64,000 nt of DNA, from the NCBI GenBank assembly GCA_013265495.1, contig MU058418.1, positions 1,762,917-1,826,916 of the forward strand, given 5' to 3'. Shown here in pieces: positions 13,941 to 27,600 of the stretch. Below the pieces are notes generated by a model. It saw nothing but the letters and a program-made list of their open reading frames with translations. It ran no database searches and was not told the DNA's origin. The translations under genes and the position numbers were made by a program. Each line of letters starts with the position of its first letter. Positions within the stretch are counted from its first letter, which is position 1. The DNA comes from Vicugna vicugna (Eukaryota).

Positions 13941-14543
13941 AATAAATAAAACTTGATTGTTTTATTGTTTCTTATTATTTACAGGTTGGGAAAGCAATTA
14001 GAAAGCAGAGAGAGAGTCTGCTAGAGTCAAGTAAACAGCTTATAAGCAGACTGGAAGGGAAGAGATAGCAAGAGGTGAAAAGACAGAAAATAAAATGTGT
14101 AGCAGTCTGGAACTTTCCAGTGAAGGGACAAACAATTCAACAAGTATCAGTGTGGCTAAGTGTCATCATGCATAATTAAAATGCTATTATGATATCCTTA
14201 AGTTATCCCAAAGGTTAAATTGTATTGCATACACTCTGCCTGAAAAGAAAAGTAGGTTAGGCATTTTAGAAATATTTCTTTTAAAACTAGTTGAAATAAA
14301 TATTGGTGATTAAATAGGTAAACTTCAGTTATATATCATTGTCCAGCAGCTCATTCCCCCTTGGACTGCCTGACTAATCAGTACTCCCATAATTAATTCT
14401 GAATATTGAGTGTGCTCAGTCTGTGGAAGAAAAAAAAATGTAAAGGCCAGGGAAGATTTATAGCAACTGATCTGAGTACTGTTGATTTTGAAATTCATTA
14501 TTTGTTGACTCAATTTCTAAATTCTTCCTGCATTTAATAAGTT

Positions 14544-14898
14544 TGCCATCATCCATTCCAAAGGATGACCTAAAACAAATAGACTGCCAGATGTTTCTCC
14601 AGCAAAGATGCGTTTATTTGGTCAGCAGAAAATTAAAACTTGGAATCTGCAACTTTGGTGAGTCCTGTGCAAGTCCCTGCTTGGCAAGGGAGGGAGAACT
14701 CTTTTATAGAGGTAAAAAGGAAGTTGGGAGGGCTATAATAAACAAAGAGTCGATAGCTTTTCATTGGCTAAGCCCTTGAAAGGAAAGAAGAGGAAACTTC
14801 CTCCTTTTGGATTTAGCTATGTCACAGGGCTTGAGAGCTCTTCCTTCAGGTCTCCCTACTCTATTTAATTGAGGTTTCTATTTATTAATTTTTTATAA
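14544..14898 (-). mobile_element. Putative solo ERV LTR
   Basis: Minus strand shows CCAAT (~14763-14767), TATAAAA (~14702-14708) and AATAAA (~14614-14619) in U3-R order over ~350 bp; family not identified. Confidence 0.55.
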
Positions 14899-14998
14899 GA
14901 GAAATGGTTAGAAACAGAGTTAAAATTCAAAATTCAATGGATAAGTATAATAAACATAAGAATGTTGAAACCCCTTCAAAACAACTTATGTAAAAGAA

Positions 14999-15146
14999 GG
15001 GGGGAGGATATAGCTCAGTGGTAGGGTGTATGCTTAGTATGCACAAGGTCATGGGTTCAATCCCCAGTACCTCCATTAAAAATAAAACACATAAATCTAA
15101 TTATGTATTAACAATTAAAAAAGAGAAAAGAAAAGAAAAGAAAAAA
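14999..15146 (+). mobile_element. tRNA-derived camelid-type SINE (vic-1-like)
   Basis: GGGGAGGATATAGCTCAGTGGTAG (A box), GGTTCAATCCC (B box), A-rich and (GAAAA)n tail. Confidence 0.9.
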
Positions 15147-16699
15147 CTTTCTGAAGAAATATCACCAGTAATATTTTAAAATTCTAATAATTATGATTTA
15201 CTTCCTTAAAAAATGATATTAAATTAAACACCATATGCAAAAGTATATTCCAAAGTACAATATGTGATATTTTTAAAACTTAGGACAGCATTTATAGAAA
15301 TTCTGGGTTTAACCATGACAAACATTAGTGTAGGGAGGTAGGGAAAAGTTGTTGACCTAACAAATTAGTTTCAGGGAATTCATTTTACAAATATTTTTTG
15401 GATTAGGCCCTGAGGTTACAATGCCCCTTCACAGAACTTAGTAGTTTAGATTGTAGGAACTTACAGAAGAAATAAGCATAATTGATTATATTGATGTAAG
15501 AGGCATTTAAAACCCTTAAAAATGAAAAGATGTAAGTGCCCCTACAGATATCAATATAAGTCATTGATACTCTACATCTTCAGCTATTTTCTACCTCTAC
15601 AGAAATCTAGTTAAAAGGAAACTATTTTAATAAATTTTATTATAAAGCTAATATGTATTTATTGTAGAAAATGTATAAGAAGGTAGAAATAAGAAAATGA
15701 AAATCTGTTGTCCATCTATTAGCATTTAATACATTTACTTATAGTCTTTTATCTATGCTTATCTTTGTCCTTTTTAAAAATTATATAACTTTATATCCTT
15801 CATTATGCACTTTATGTTAAATCAAGAGCATTCTCTCTGAACTGAATATTCAAGATAAATTACAGATAAAGACAAGAGGGTAAGTGGGGTGGGAAGGGAT
15901 AAATTAGGAATTCCAAATTTGCACCTCTTGTGGAATGATGGAAATGTTAGGTATCTTGAATGTGGTTGTGGTTTCATTGGTGTATATATCTATCAAAATT
16001 TAACAAATTGTACACTGAAATATGTGTCATTTACTGTACAGGAATCATACCACAATAAAGATGTTAAAAAATATTACAGGTAAAGATGATGGGGAGTCTA
16101 ATCATTTAAATAATCTCAGACATTGTTAAGTTTTAAACTTATTGGGTTCAAATTCAGTAAGAAAAAAATCTAACTTTCTAATTATTAGATAAAATGTTCA
16201 TAAGTCTAGTTATCTTAAATCCACGAATTGATAAATTTGCTTGAAAATTAGGTAGCATGGTATTGAAAATTAACTGTGCACATAACAATTGGATGCTATA
16301 TTATAATTTATAAAATATTTGTAAAAGATTGGCATTGCTTTGTACTCTTTAAAAAACTAAGTATTGCACTCATGTTTCGTATTTCATATTTCTTCTATTC
16401 AAACTTATGTAAGATGATGAGTTTGAAGAATGCCCCCAAAATTTTAATAATTATAGAATAGGCAAACTATTTTTACTTGATATACTGCTAACTCATCCCC
16501 TGTGTTCTTTTTTTCCCCCTGTTGTTGTCTCTTGTTTGTCTGAAATTCAACAGTGAGATTGTAAACTACTTCACTGCAGAAGCCATGCCCTGTGTTTCTT
16601 ATTTCTACAAGGCATAGCACATTGGATATAGATACTAAACAGTTACTTTTGTTCTTACTTTGATTCCTTTGTTACCACTTTCTCCTGTTCCCCTCACCC

Positions 16700-17680
16700 C
16701 CACTTCTATACTCACTTCTCTTTGATCTCCATTAAGGGCTTTTATTCCTCATTTGTCTCCTAAATGCTAGTGGTCAGCATTCTGAGTGCAACTGATTTCC
16801 CTCCTAAACCTGTAATTCTTAATTTTTAAAAAATTTTGCCTCAGTATGTCTGAGGGGCACCACAATGGATAGATAATATAAGCTCTCTAATGGACAAAGT
16901 CATTGCATCTCAGCCACCCCTTTCCATGCACACACACACTGAAAATTGCTAATCTTTTATACTCTCCTTGAGTGATTTAATGGATAACCAAATCTATATC
17001 TCTAGATCCAGTCTAGACTGCTCACCCAACCCCAGACCCATATTTCAATCCATTTGTTGGATAGCTCTGTGTCTCTAAGCACCTCAAATTCAGCTATATC
17101 TAAAATAATTCATTGTTTTCCATCAGACTTATATCTCCTTTTATATTATTTCTTCTTTCCACTAATGTCACCACCATCTCTTTACTTGCCCAAGCGAAAA
17201 TTTGGGGAGTGTTTTTTATTCTTTTCTCTCCCCCATTTCACATATCTAGTTGGTTCCTAAGTCCTTTTGATTGTATCTTCTAAGAATCTTTCATACTGAT
17301 TTCATCTATTCCAGTCTTAATTCAGGCCTGTGTGTTTCCTTGTGTTAATCACTTCAGTAACCTCTTAATTTGTCTCTCTGCCTATAATTTCTTCCCACTC
17401 CAGTCTACCTCAGGGTCATGTGAATAAACTTGTCAGCATACAAACCTGATCATGTTATTCCCCTTCATTTCCTTTATTAGCTCCCCATTGCCTGATCCTA
17501 TAAAATACAAACTCCTTATTTGATATGTAAAGTCCTTTGTGGTTTGGCTCCGGTATACCTTTTTAGCCATCTCTTACTGCCAATATTTGTTCACCATGCT
17601 CCAACCAAATTCATTAAGATCTGTCATGTCCCTCAACAGTTATACTTCTGTCTCCACTAATTATGTATTTCCAGATTTTG
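16700..17680 (+). mobile_element. Degraded LINE-2
   Basis: caaatctatatctctag, cagacccatatttcaa, gcacctcaaattcagc, ctgatcatgttattcccct, aaatacaaactcctt motifs. Confidence 0.65.
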
Positions 17681-18639
17681 TGCTCCTGTTAAGCCTCTTA
17701 CTGTTTGTTTTGATCTCTGTCTTTCCTATCTCTCCTCAAAGTTTGGTAAGCCTTGGTTGAACAACTTATATTTAAGAGTGGACACTAAAAAAAACTGACT
17801 GGAAACCCCAAATCCATCCAATTCATTCATTTTATCACCTCCAGTATCTTTGTTAACTCGGGCTAGTCACATTGCCTGGATGAAGATCTTCCCATCTCCA
17901 CTTGGATGTATAGTCTATCAATATTCTGTGAACTGAGTCTTCCTGCTTTCAATCTGGTTCCCCACCCTCACCTGTGCTGAGTGTCCCCCAATCCATACAT
18001 ACTCAATAATTCGCTCTTCATATAAAAAACAAAACTAAACTTCTAATCTTCTTCCCAGTTGAGGGTAAAGCAGTCTTCTGGCTGTGTGGAGAAGCAAAGG
18101 GTATTTGGGCAGATAATTTACTTCTGAATTAAACTTTCATCCTATATAGTTTTTAGCCCTATCTTAACAACTTAGACGTTTATTTACAGAGGTGTACCTA
18201 ATTCATGAGCCATTTGGAGGTTCTGCAGGGTAAACTTGAAACTCACTTTTTTTACTTGAGTTAGGAATCTGCTGCCTTTTTACCATTAGCTCAGTCTGTT
18301 ATTACTTGCACCTCTGTTTACCATTTCCCAAAGATTTGCTGTTATTACCCTTTCTGATTTCTTTGTCCTTGCAGGTATATATCTTTAAAAAATATTAGTT
18401 AATATTATTTTAGTGGGTTTCCAAGAGGAAGCAAAAGTCAATGTGTGTGTTCACTCTGCCATATTTACCTAAACTCCTCTCTCAAAACTGTTAATAATTC
18501 CAAATTATTTCTGGCTCTCTTAATCTCTCCGTCAATCAGAGAGAGTTATATAATTTTTATTTTGTGCTCCCATGACACCCTGAGAATGCTTTTATTATGG
18601 AACTGATCCCACTGAATCATAGCTTGTTTTTAATTTGTC

Positions 18640-19510
18640 TCCTGTACCACACATTTTTGTACAACCAATCTTCAGAACTTTTTCACCTGGCAAAACTAAA
18701 ACCCTTTAACTCTCCATTTACTCCTCCCCTCAGCCACCATTCTACTTTCTGTTTCTATGAGTTTGACAACTCTGGATGCCTCATTTAGGTGGAATCATAC
18801 AGTATTTGTCCTTTCGTGACTGGTTTATTTGACTTAGCATGATGTCCTCAATGTTCTTCCGTGTTTTAGTGTGTGTCAAAATTTCCTTCTCTCTTTTAGG
18901 CCAAATAGTATTACCTTATATGTATATACATTTTGTTTACCTGCTCATTCATTGTTGGACCTTTGGGTTGCTTCCACCTTTTGGCTATTGTGAATAATGC
19001 CGTTGTGAATATGGGTGAAAAAAATATCTGTTTGAGACCCTGCTTTCAATTCTTTTGGATATGTATACCTAGAAGTGTCATCATTCTTTATGATATTAAC
19101 ATTTTTAAAGAAACAGCCCCCCCTTTATAAAAAATAGAATGTTTTTCATTTGGAGCTTTTGTGGTGTTTCCTCATGCTGAGATTCAAGTTACACATCCCT
19201 GGCCAGAATGCTGCATAAGTGACATGTCTTTCTCTGTTTCACACCCAGAGGCACATAAGGTCTATCTTACCTCTCGTGGATAATGTTAATTCTAATCATT
19301 CTGTCAGAGTATTTGTTTCTATACTATCTGGTTACTACTTTTTCCCTTGCATCTTATAAGCAATCTGTGGACAAGATACTTTAAGACCATGCAAACATCC
19401 CACTCCTTAGCAACATTTCCACCTCTGAATGTAGCATTGATGTTTCTTGCCTAAATAAATTTTTACTATAAATGCTACAAAACGGTGATTTTTTTTCAAA
19501 TCTAGCAAGT
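18640..19510 (-). mobile_element. Old L1 (L1MB/L1ME-type) 3' fragments
   Basis: ggtggaatcatacagtatttgtcctttcgtgactggtttatttgacttagcat, ttgggttgcttccaccttttggctattgtgaataatgc. Confidence 0.8.
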
Positions 19511-20684
19511 GTTGCTTTTAAAGTTAATTATGAATTATGTTAAATAGATCAATGTGAATGTCAAATAATATGTTAAATGTAAGATTTACTACAACTGTTA
19601 ATACATCATACATAATAGTCATTGAAGCATAATGATTAAACTGCTTCCAAATTTCTGGAATTTAATAGTCATGGTATTTCTATAATGTCACATAACTTTA
19701 AAAGTTGAATATATAGTGTGCTTTAGGATGTGAATTAGGTTCTGATACTATTTCTTACTCTCAGTCTACAGATTGTTTATCAGGTACTCTATTACCTGAA
19801 TCCTGCTAGTGAACTCTGTGCTTAGTTGATGACTAACCAAATACTTTCTGCTATTGAAGAAGAACAAACTTTACAGTATAGAGTAGCTTTGAGAACTTTT
19901 AACTGAATGGAAAGATATAAACTCTTTTCCCTTTTTGAAGCATAAATCTCATTCTGTGTGTGTGTAACTAAAACTGGTTTGTCTGGGGCAGTTAGCATCT
20001 CTGTAAAGTATGTCCAAAGCTATTGCAATTTGAAGCAGTATAATAAATTAGATGTTCAGAGAAATTCTGGTAACACAAAAATCTGTATAAAATGCTTAAA
20101 ACTTATTTTTGGAAACTTTGCTGAGTTGGCAGCAAAGTAGGAAAAATACAATGCTGTACATAATGAGAAAGCCCAATTCCACATGGATAAATGAGCCCTA
20201 GAACCCCTCTGGCCCCTGAAGGCACCTTCTGATTCCTTGTGACCCAGAACCTGGGCTTTAAGGAGGCATTCCTGCTTGTGTGGGGCAGGAGACAAAGTCT
20301 GAGCCTGAGCATGGTAGGTGATAAGTTTGGACACTGCAGCATAAAGCTGAGATCCCCAATGGGTAAAACATTCTGTGGATGACAGGAAGATAACCCACTC
20401 TTCAGAATGACACTGCCTGTTTCATCCCTTGCTTTGAATGGAGTGGACAGAAAGCAGCTCACTTGAAAAATTCTCATCACAATCCTGGAGTTGGAATTCA
20501 CACTGCTAAAACAAAATCTCAATATGAAAGTTTAGTTTAATGGTGCCTTAGGTTTTAGGTTCCCTAAGGACCTAGCAGAAACAAATAGAAATCTTCTCTG
20601 AAGAAAAGTGCTTTTAATACTGGTTTTGAAGAATCCCCATAGTTCAAGTTCAAAGGAATGAACTTAAAATCAGAAATCACTACA

Positions 20685-20784
20685 GGGGGTAGGGGTAAAG
20701 CTAGTGGTAGAGTGCATGCTTAGCATGCACGAGGTCCTGAGTTCAATCCCCAGTACTGCCATTAAAAAAATAATAATAATAAAA
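20685..20784 (+). mobile_element. tRNA-derived camelid-type SINE inserted in an old L1
   Basis: Same body sequence; perfect 18-bp TSD taaaatcagaaatcacta at 20665-20682 and 20785-20802. Confidence 0.92.
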
Positions 20785-21654
20785 TAAAATCAGAAATCAC
20801 TAAATATATGAATAAACCATCTATTATAAATAAGTGTCAGCAGAAGCCGCAGTGACTGATTTCTAAGATTATTGTATAGAATTTTTTAAAATGTTTTAAA
20901 TGTTTAAAGAAATTTAAAAAGATACAATTATAGAACAAGAGACTATTAAAATTGATCAGGAAGATTTGAAAAAATTTATAAAATGAAAAATATAATTTAA
21001 AATTAGATGATAAGTCAAAAAGGTATTTAGACACAGCTAAAAAAAAAAAAGACATAGTGAACTGGAAGACAGAGCTTAAGAAATTACCCATAGCATAGCA
21101 CAGTACATATAAAGAATATGAAAGACAGATTAAGAGATATGGAACTTAGATATCCAATATATGTCCATCTGAAGTTCCACAGGAGGAGAACGGAGAAGTT
21201 GAGAATATTCAAAGAGAAAATTGCTAAGAATTTTGTTGCATTGGTGGATCTCTAGATTTAGGAAGCCCAACAAATTCCAAGTCAGGTTAACAAAATAGAG
21301 AGCCATACCTAAACACAATGTAGTGAAACTGAAAAAAATACACAGACAAAGAGATGATGTGCAGTTAGAGTATAAAAGGCAGATTGCCTATAAAGAATGA
21401 CAGACTGAAAGCTGACTTCTGGATAGCAACATTGAAAGCTAGGAGACATAATACTTTCATAGTGCTGAAAGAAAATAATTGTCCACCCAGAACTATATAT
21501 TCAGAAAAATTACTTTTCGAGAGAAAGAGTGAAAGAGACATTTTAAGGCAAACAAACTAAGAAAATTCACTCCTAATAGACACTCATCCAAAGAGTCTCT
21601 AAAATACATACTTTACGAAGTAGGAAAGTAATCTAAGAAAGAAGGAATGGTAAT

Positions 21655-22067
21655 TATTGCACCCTGAGTTTCCCAGGAAGCCGACTCTGAGAGATTAACA
21701 TACACATTTATTAAAGATTATCCTTGGGGTCAGTACCTATGAAAGGCAGAGCAGGGAAGAAGTATTAGGCAGAGAGGGAAGTTAAGCTGCAGTGAAGACC
21801 CAACAAAGGTTTCACTGATCCCACAGGGAGCTCTGGAGATGAGTTGTTTTGAGTTGGGGCACGAGGTTCAGGCCTTTTTACCCTCATTGGATGCAGGCTC
21901 CCCCTGGAAGAAGCCTTAACTTCAGATGAGACAACGTTCTTTAGGCAAAGCAATCCCCCAAGAGGGTTGACAGCAAGGGCTGCCTTCTGGCTGCACTACC
22001 AGCAGCTGTGGGAAAGGCCTACATTCCTTAAAGGGAATCTGGACAATACATCACAATATCTACCACA
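21655..22067 (-). mobile_element. ERVL solo LTR (LTR16-like) inserted in the old L1
   Basis: cccaggaagccgactctgaga...ggcagagagggaagttaagctgc...cccacagggagctctgga...atctaccaca. Confidence 0.7.
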
Positions 22068-22933
22068 ATGAGCAAAGAAAACTTGTAGGTGAACATAACC
22101 AAACATTGACTTTATAAATCAAAACAGTGCTGTCTAATTTGTGTGGTTAAAATCAAAATAGAACTGAAAATTCCAGACAACTGTAGCATAATGTGCCTGG
22201 AAGGAAGTGATTAGAATTAATGCATTCTAAAATCTGTTATATGATAGAATACTGTACAGCAGTGAAAATGAATACCATACAGCTTCAGCTTCATGCACTA
22301 ACATAAATATCAAGACACTTTGAATAAGAAAAGTATGATTCCATTTATACAAAGTATTAAAAACATTAACATCAAACAATATATTGTTAAGGATACATAC
22401 AAATGTGATAAAATTTAATAGGCATTTGAATGAGTAGCACAAACTTCAAAGCAAGAGATGAGGAAAAGCACACAGAAGGCCTCCACAGTACAGGGTAGCA
22501 CTCTATTTCTTAAGTTAGATGTAGATACAGAAATTTGTTTTATTGTAATTCCTTAAACTGCATGTACATGTATTATGTATATGGTAAATTATTAAAAACA
22601 AATAAACTCTATTAAGGTATTAAGAAAGAAGAAATCAGCTGGTCCTGGTGACTAGATGCATGCTAAAGTTATCTCCTAAGTTAGTATTCAGCTATGCTAA
22701 TCTGGATCTAGTTAAGTTCACTGAGATATAATCAGAAATGAACTATCATTTATGGTATGATTGAGTCATTTCTGTTTAATTTTCTATTTTGTCCCCTTTT
22801 AGGGGATAGGATGAATCTCCTTACTCTTTTATAGGCATTTCAAATGCAGTGAATGGTGAAATTTGAAGTTTGAAAATGATCCTAAATTCTGCAGCAAGAT
22901 TTTAACTAAATGAATTCAATATGTAGTACCACA

Positions 22934-22947
22934 GTTACCATGGTAAA
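22934..22947. promoter_or_regulatory. X-box-like palindrome GTTACCATGGTAAA in the 5' intron
   Basis: 13/14 match to GTTACCATGGTAAC; motif evidence only. Confidence 0.35.
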
Positions 22948-24262
22948 CACTCCATACAATGTCTACATCAGTATAGAGGCTATATATATTTCCTCAAAAA
23001 TCCACTTAAATCCATAAAAATTGGAGAAAGCAGCTTTGAATTCAACATGAAGATGGTGAGCTCTGTCTCTCTGGAGATATTAAGCAGAGCTTAGATGACC
23101 TGTTTAAGACCAGATAGTGTGAGAATAAGTTTGTATTGAAAGAGTTAGAACAGATGGCCTCTAAGACCTTCTTAGACTTTAATAAGATTACATGATTCTA
23201 TGTTTGAGTCAGTGTTTTTTTTACCTCCCATTTTTCTCTAGGAGGCATTTCCCTGATGACTCTCCATCTAAGGTAGTCTCTGTTTAGATAGGTATAAATC
23301 AACCAAAGTCCTTAAGAAAAAATATTTTTCTCTAGCTGCAGGAATTTCGGAGTACAGAAACTTGAGTTGTGTAACCTTAGGCAAATTACTTAGTATCGCT
23401 AGACCTTGGTTTTTACAGCTACAAAATGAAAATATTGGAATTGATACAGATTTTAAATGGACATCTAAAATTTCCCCATCAATTCTAAAATTCGCAGTTA
23501 TTTATGACTTCTACAAACTTATAGTACTATGGACTCCCCAAATATTTTTCATACAGTCACCACTGCTTCAAATTAAATAACTTGAAATACAGCCTTTGTC
23601 ACTGCTAATGTTTTGGGAGGTAAATATGAGATAATGTTTTTTTAAAAACCAGTCTCCATTTAGCTGTCTTCTAAAGTTTCCTGAATTTGATTGTATCTTA
23701 ACCTTCAGATTAGTTGTGAATGTCTCTGTAATTCAAAATGTCTCATAATTCTATAATTCCACAATTCTGTAATTTTTTGAATATCAGTTTAATTCTTAAA
23801 TCTAAAGCAGTATTATTTATTTTTTTAATATAAACTGTTAAAGGAATATTTTGTAATATTTTAGGCTAAAATTACTGCTAATATTTGAGTTTAAAGCTAA
23901 TTCAATTACATATAAATTAAATATGGGTCAAAAGCACAATTTTAGTTTTATTCTATTGATTATGCTGGGAAATTTTTAAATTATTTTAAATTATTGCATA
24001 TAGGATAGCACATGAGTCATTTCATAGTCAATTTAGAAAGCTTTAGATGTTACTGAAGGTCAGTTATAAATTATAAGGCCAGTTATAAGGGGAAAATAAA
24101 TCAAGGCCGAGTTACATAATTGTTTCACATCTTAAGTAGGAAACTAAATTGCAAATAACTTTATTATGTGCTCTAAATACCGTAAACCTTAGGCATCTGC
24201 ATTTATGTCCTTGTCACTATTCTTATGTTTCATTCACTGTGAAACAGAGGGATAAGTTGCAG

Positions 24263-24662
24263 TGTATTGGTTTGCTAGGGCTGCCGAAATAAACACCACA
24301 GACTGGGTGCTTAAACAGTAGAAATTGTTTTCTCACAGTTTTGGACACTAGGATTTTAAGATCAAGATGTGGGCAAGTTTGGTTTCTTCTGAGGCCTCTC
24401 TCCTTGGCTTGCAGATGGCCGCCTTCTCACTGTGTCCCCTCATGGTCTTTCTTCTGTGCCCAAATATCCCTGGTGTATCTCTGTATCCAAGTTTCCTCTT
24501 CTTATAAAGAATCAATCATTGGATTTGGGGCCATCCCAAGGGCCTCACTTTAACTTAATCACTTTTTTAAAGGCCCTATCTCCAAATACAGTCACATTCT
24601 GAGGTACTGGAGGTTAGGGATTCAACATACAAATTTGGGGAAACACAATTCAGTACATAATA
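24263..24662 (-). mobile_element. MaLR solo LTR (MLT1A-like)
   Basis: tgtattggtttgctagggctgcc...ccacagactgggtgcttaaac...ggccctatctccaaatacagtcacattctgaggtactgg. Confidence 0.9.
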
Positions 24663-27600
24663 GTCAGTAAAACTGTGTATAGTTTACTTCCCTGCCACAG
24701 CAATTTTCGTGAATGAAAAAGTCTTCATGAATTAATTTCAGAATGAAAACTTTTGATTCTGTACAAGTAACTCACATGATAGGTACAGTTATTTGCACTA
24801 TGACTTGTATATTAGCTTACACATGGGTGCTGTATGATTTTAAACCAGGAAAATTGAGGTTCTCTGCAAAAAGACATCCTGATTTGTATACAACTTCTAT
24901 GTCTTCAGCTTTTCTTTTGCCTTTCAGTTTTGTTCATAATTTTTATGTTGTAGGATGAATTTTAATGTAGCCTTTGTATCTTTCCTTTACTTCCCCCCGT
25001 TTTTAAACACAAAACATCTCACCCCTAAGATTAGTGGGGTTTTTTTTCACTTTAACTCTTAATGTATCTGAAATTTTGTATTGATGTAGGAACTGAGATA
25101 AAGTTTAACTGGATTTTTTCCCTAATTTTTCTAACATCATTTTTTGAAAGAACAACAATTTATTCATTTGTTGAATCCCATTGAAGTGCTTATGTTAAGT
25201 TCTTAGATTTACTAATTTCCATTGACCTGTTGTTTTTTACATCACTATCCTAACATTTTAGTTATTTTATTTTATAAATAATAGATTATAATATCTATGA
25301 GAGCATCTATGAGGCAAATTCCTTAACCACAAATTATTCTACTTAGTTACAAGTGTACTTTTTAAAGTGATACGCATTCAAAATAAAGGTAGTCCAACCT
25401 TGACTGTTGTTTGCTCTTTAGGTAAGTTAACTTGGATGCATACACAAACAAAACCAGATAAAAGACATAGAGCTGTTAACCTTTCTCCAGTCTCTCTAAG
25501 GAGAAATCTAAACTTGGGTGAACAGAGTCCTCTATTTCAAGAACCCATTGTAGTATCTCTACCTGACTCCTGATACTGTCTCCCTGATAGTCCTATGGGA
25601 TTATGCAAAGATGATTGTACAGTCAGCCACCACGTTGGTTGTTTAAAAGGACAATTTTGGAATAATTGCTTCCCACAAGAATAAGTGAAAATGCTTTGCA
25701 GCTTAGTGTTTGTGTCCAGCACATTCTTTTGGAGGGATATTTGCTTTATGCAGTGGCACTTTAGTTGCAACCAATTAAGATGTCTTATTTTTATATACCA
25801 TAGAGAAAATGAATAATTTCCCTGGTTGTTACAAGCTGTCAGGAATGATTCCAGACATAACTTGAGTTTCCCTAAGCTTTACCAGGCTATTGATACAAAT
25901 GAGGCCCACATTTTACATCCTTTGGCCTCTACTTGTGGGTCCTCTAAAATGCTCCAACAAGGGTTTCTGAGGTCTTTTCAGTTACTTACTGCTGGGCCTC
26001 ATACCACACATGCCAGAATCTTTGGAGGATGGGGCTTAGGCACCTCTGTATTTTCAGAAATTTTTCTCTAGAAATTTCTCAAATACATGCCCAAGAATAT
26101 GTCCCTTCCATCTGCTTTCACTCTCGGTCTCTCTCTGGCTGAGCAATACTACAAATGCACTGGAACTCTCAAAGTACCAAAACTGTGCTAGTGATCCCTG
26201 GCAGCTTCCCCCTTCATTGGGATATAACATCTTATTCAAAGCAGGGCAGCTAATACCTCAATCTTTTACAGGGATATTGGTGAAATATTTCTCACTTTTA
26301 CTTATAGACCTCTCTCTTCCCAACACCCACGTATTAAGTACACAGGACTGGGTCAGAGATTAATTAGAATGACCACCACCATACTCTACTCAGAATCACT
26401 CTTCCCCTCCTCTGCAAATTAAGGCATTGATTTTGGATCAAGCTTTTTGAATTTCTTTCATATTCCTTCAGAGTTTTTCTCCTAGGATGCCTCAGTTTTT
26501 TATGTAAATGAGCTTTGAGTGGGTTCATGCACTTGTTTATAACACAGGACGCTAGATTGCAAGGGTTAAGCTGGAACTCCCGTTGTAATGAGAACCCCGT
26601 GGCTTGTTTCTCTCATTTCTTTACTATTTCCTTTCTTTTTCTTTACCTACCAATAGGTTGTTACTCTGTTTATGCCCACTTTAAGATGTGTTTTTACACA
26701 TTTAATTTAAATAAATTTTGGTCTAATTTTTAACTTACTCGTATCTTCTTAGTAGTCATATACATTAAAACCTCAAATTTGAACCTGTTTATTAATTAGT
26801 GCAAAAATTCATTTTGTAAAATAATATTTTTATTTGGGACAGAAGAAGCAGACAGTCCTCTGAAGGATTTCAGTGTATAGTGACTAATGGCAAAATTTCA
26901 TTCTTTGCATTATTGGAGAAACTCAGCAGGAGCAAAAAACTGAATCAGATATCTCCAAGGTTTGTTGGATAGTTTCAACCACATACCTCTCTCTGAAGAT
27001 GTACAGCCATGTTCAGAACTTCTGCACTTTGTGCCCTACCTTTATTTTATTGTAAGCCAGCTATGACTAACTTTGCTCTCTTATTTTTTGAGGGAATAGA
27101 TCTTAGATAGATGTACTGTCCCATGAGGAACAGTGTCTGAGCATCAAGAACCCAGAGGGATGGAGACATGGTTAATAAACGGTCCCTGGTGCTAATAACA
27201 ATAGCAAAAATGATTGTCTCTTAAAGGCAAAGAGCATCAGGTATTCTAGCAAAGCTTCGTAGGCTATATAACTGCTAATTTAGATGGATGAGAATGGCCT
27301 GGAAGACACCCCATCATGGCAGCGGCTAAAGTAGAAAATTCTGTTGAGTGAAGTGTGTTCTCTGCTGTCCCAGGAAATAATAGTCACGGAAATGTTTGCC
27401 TTTGCCCTGTGAATTGGGAAAGTACTGAAGTCACTGGAAATTTTCAATTCTCAAAAATTGAAATAGGCTAATTATAGTTATATAATTATATAATGGAATT
27501 TAAAAGCAAACTTTCTTAAAATTGTGCTGATGAATTGTTTTGTGTGTAAACAATTATTATCCTATTTCTTTCAGTATGGTTATAATTAATTTAATGTTGA

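Larger units (their letters stand above)
20000..22600 (+). mobile_element. Ancient L1/HAL1-like element: 5' region + ORF1 remnant + 3' end with no recognisable ORF2
   Basis: ORF1 remnants (IFKEKIAKNF ~21206; ctgaaagctgacttct; cccagaactatatattcagaaaaatta), then spacer, then directly an L1ME-type 3' end. Confidence 0.65.

Noticed and set aside
14999..15075. tRNA gene (A and B boxes, tRNA-Ala-like), likewise the other three copies
   Set aside because: Degenerate stems, shared non-tRNA tail, A-rich ends and TSDs mark them as SINEs
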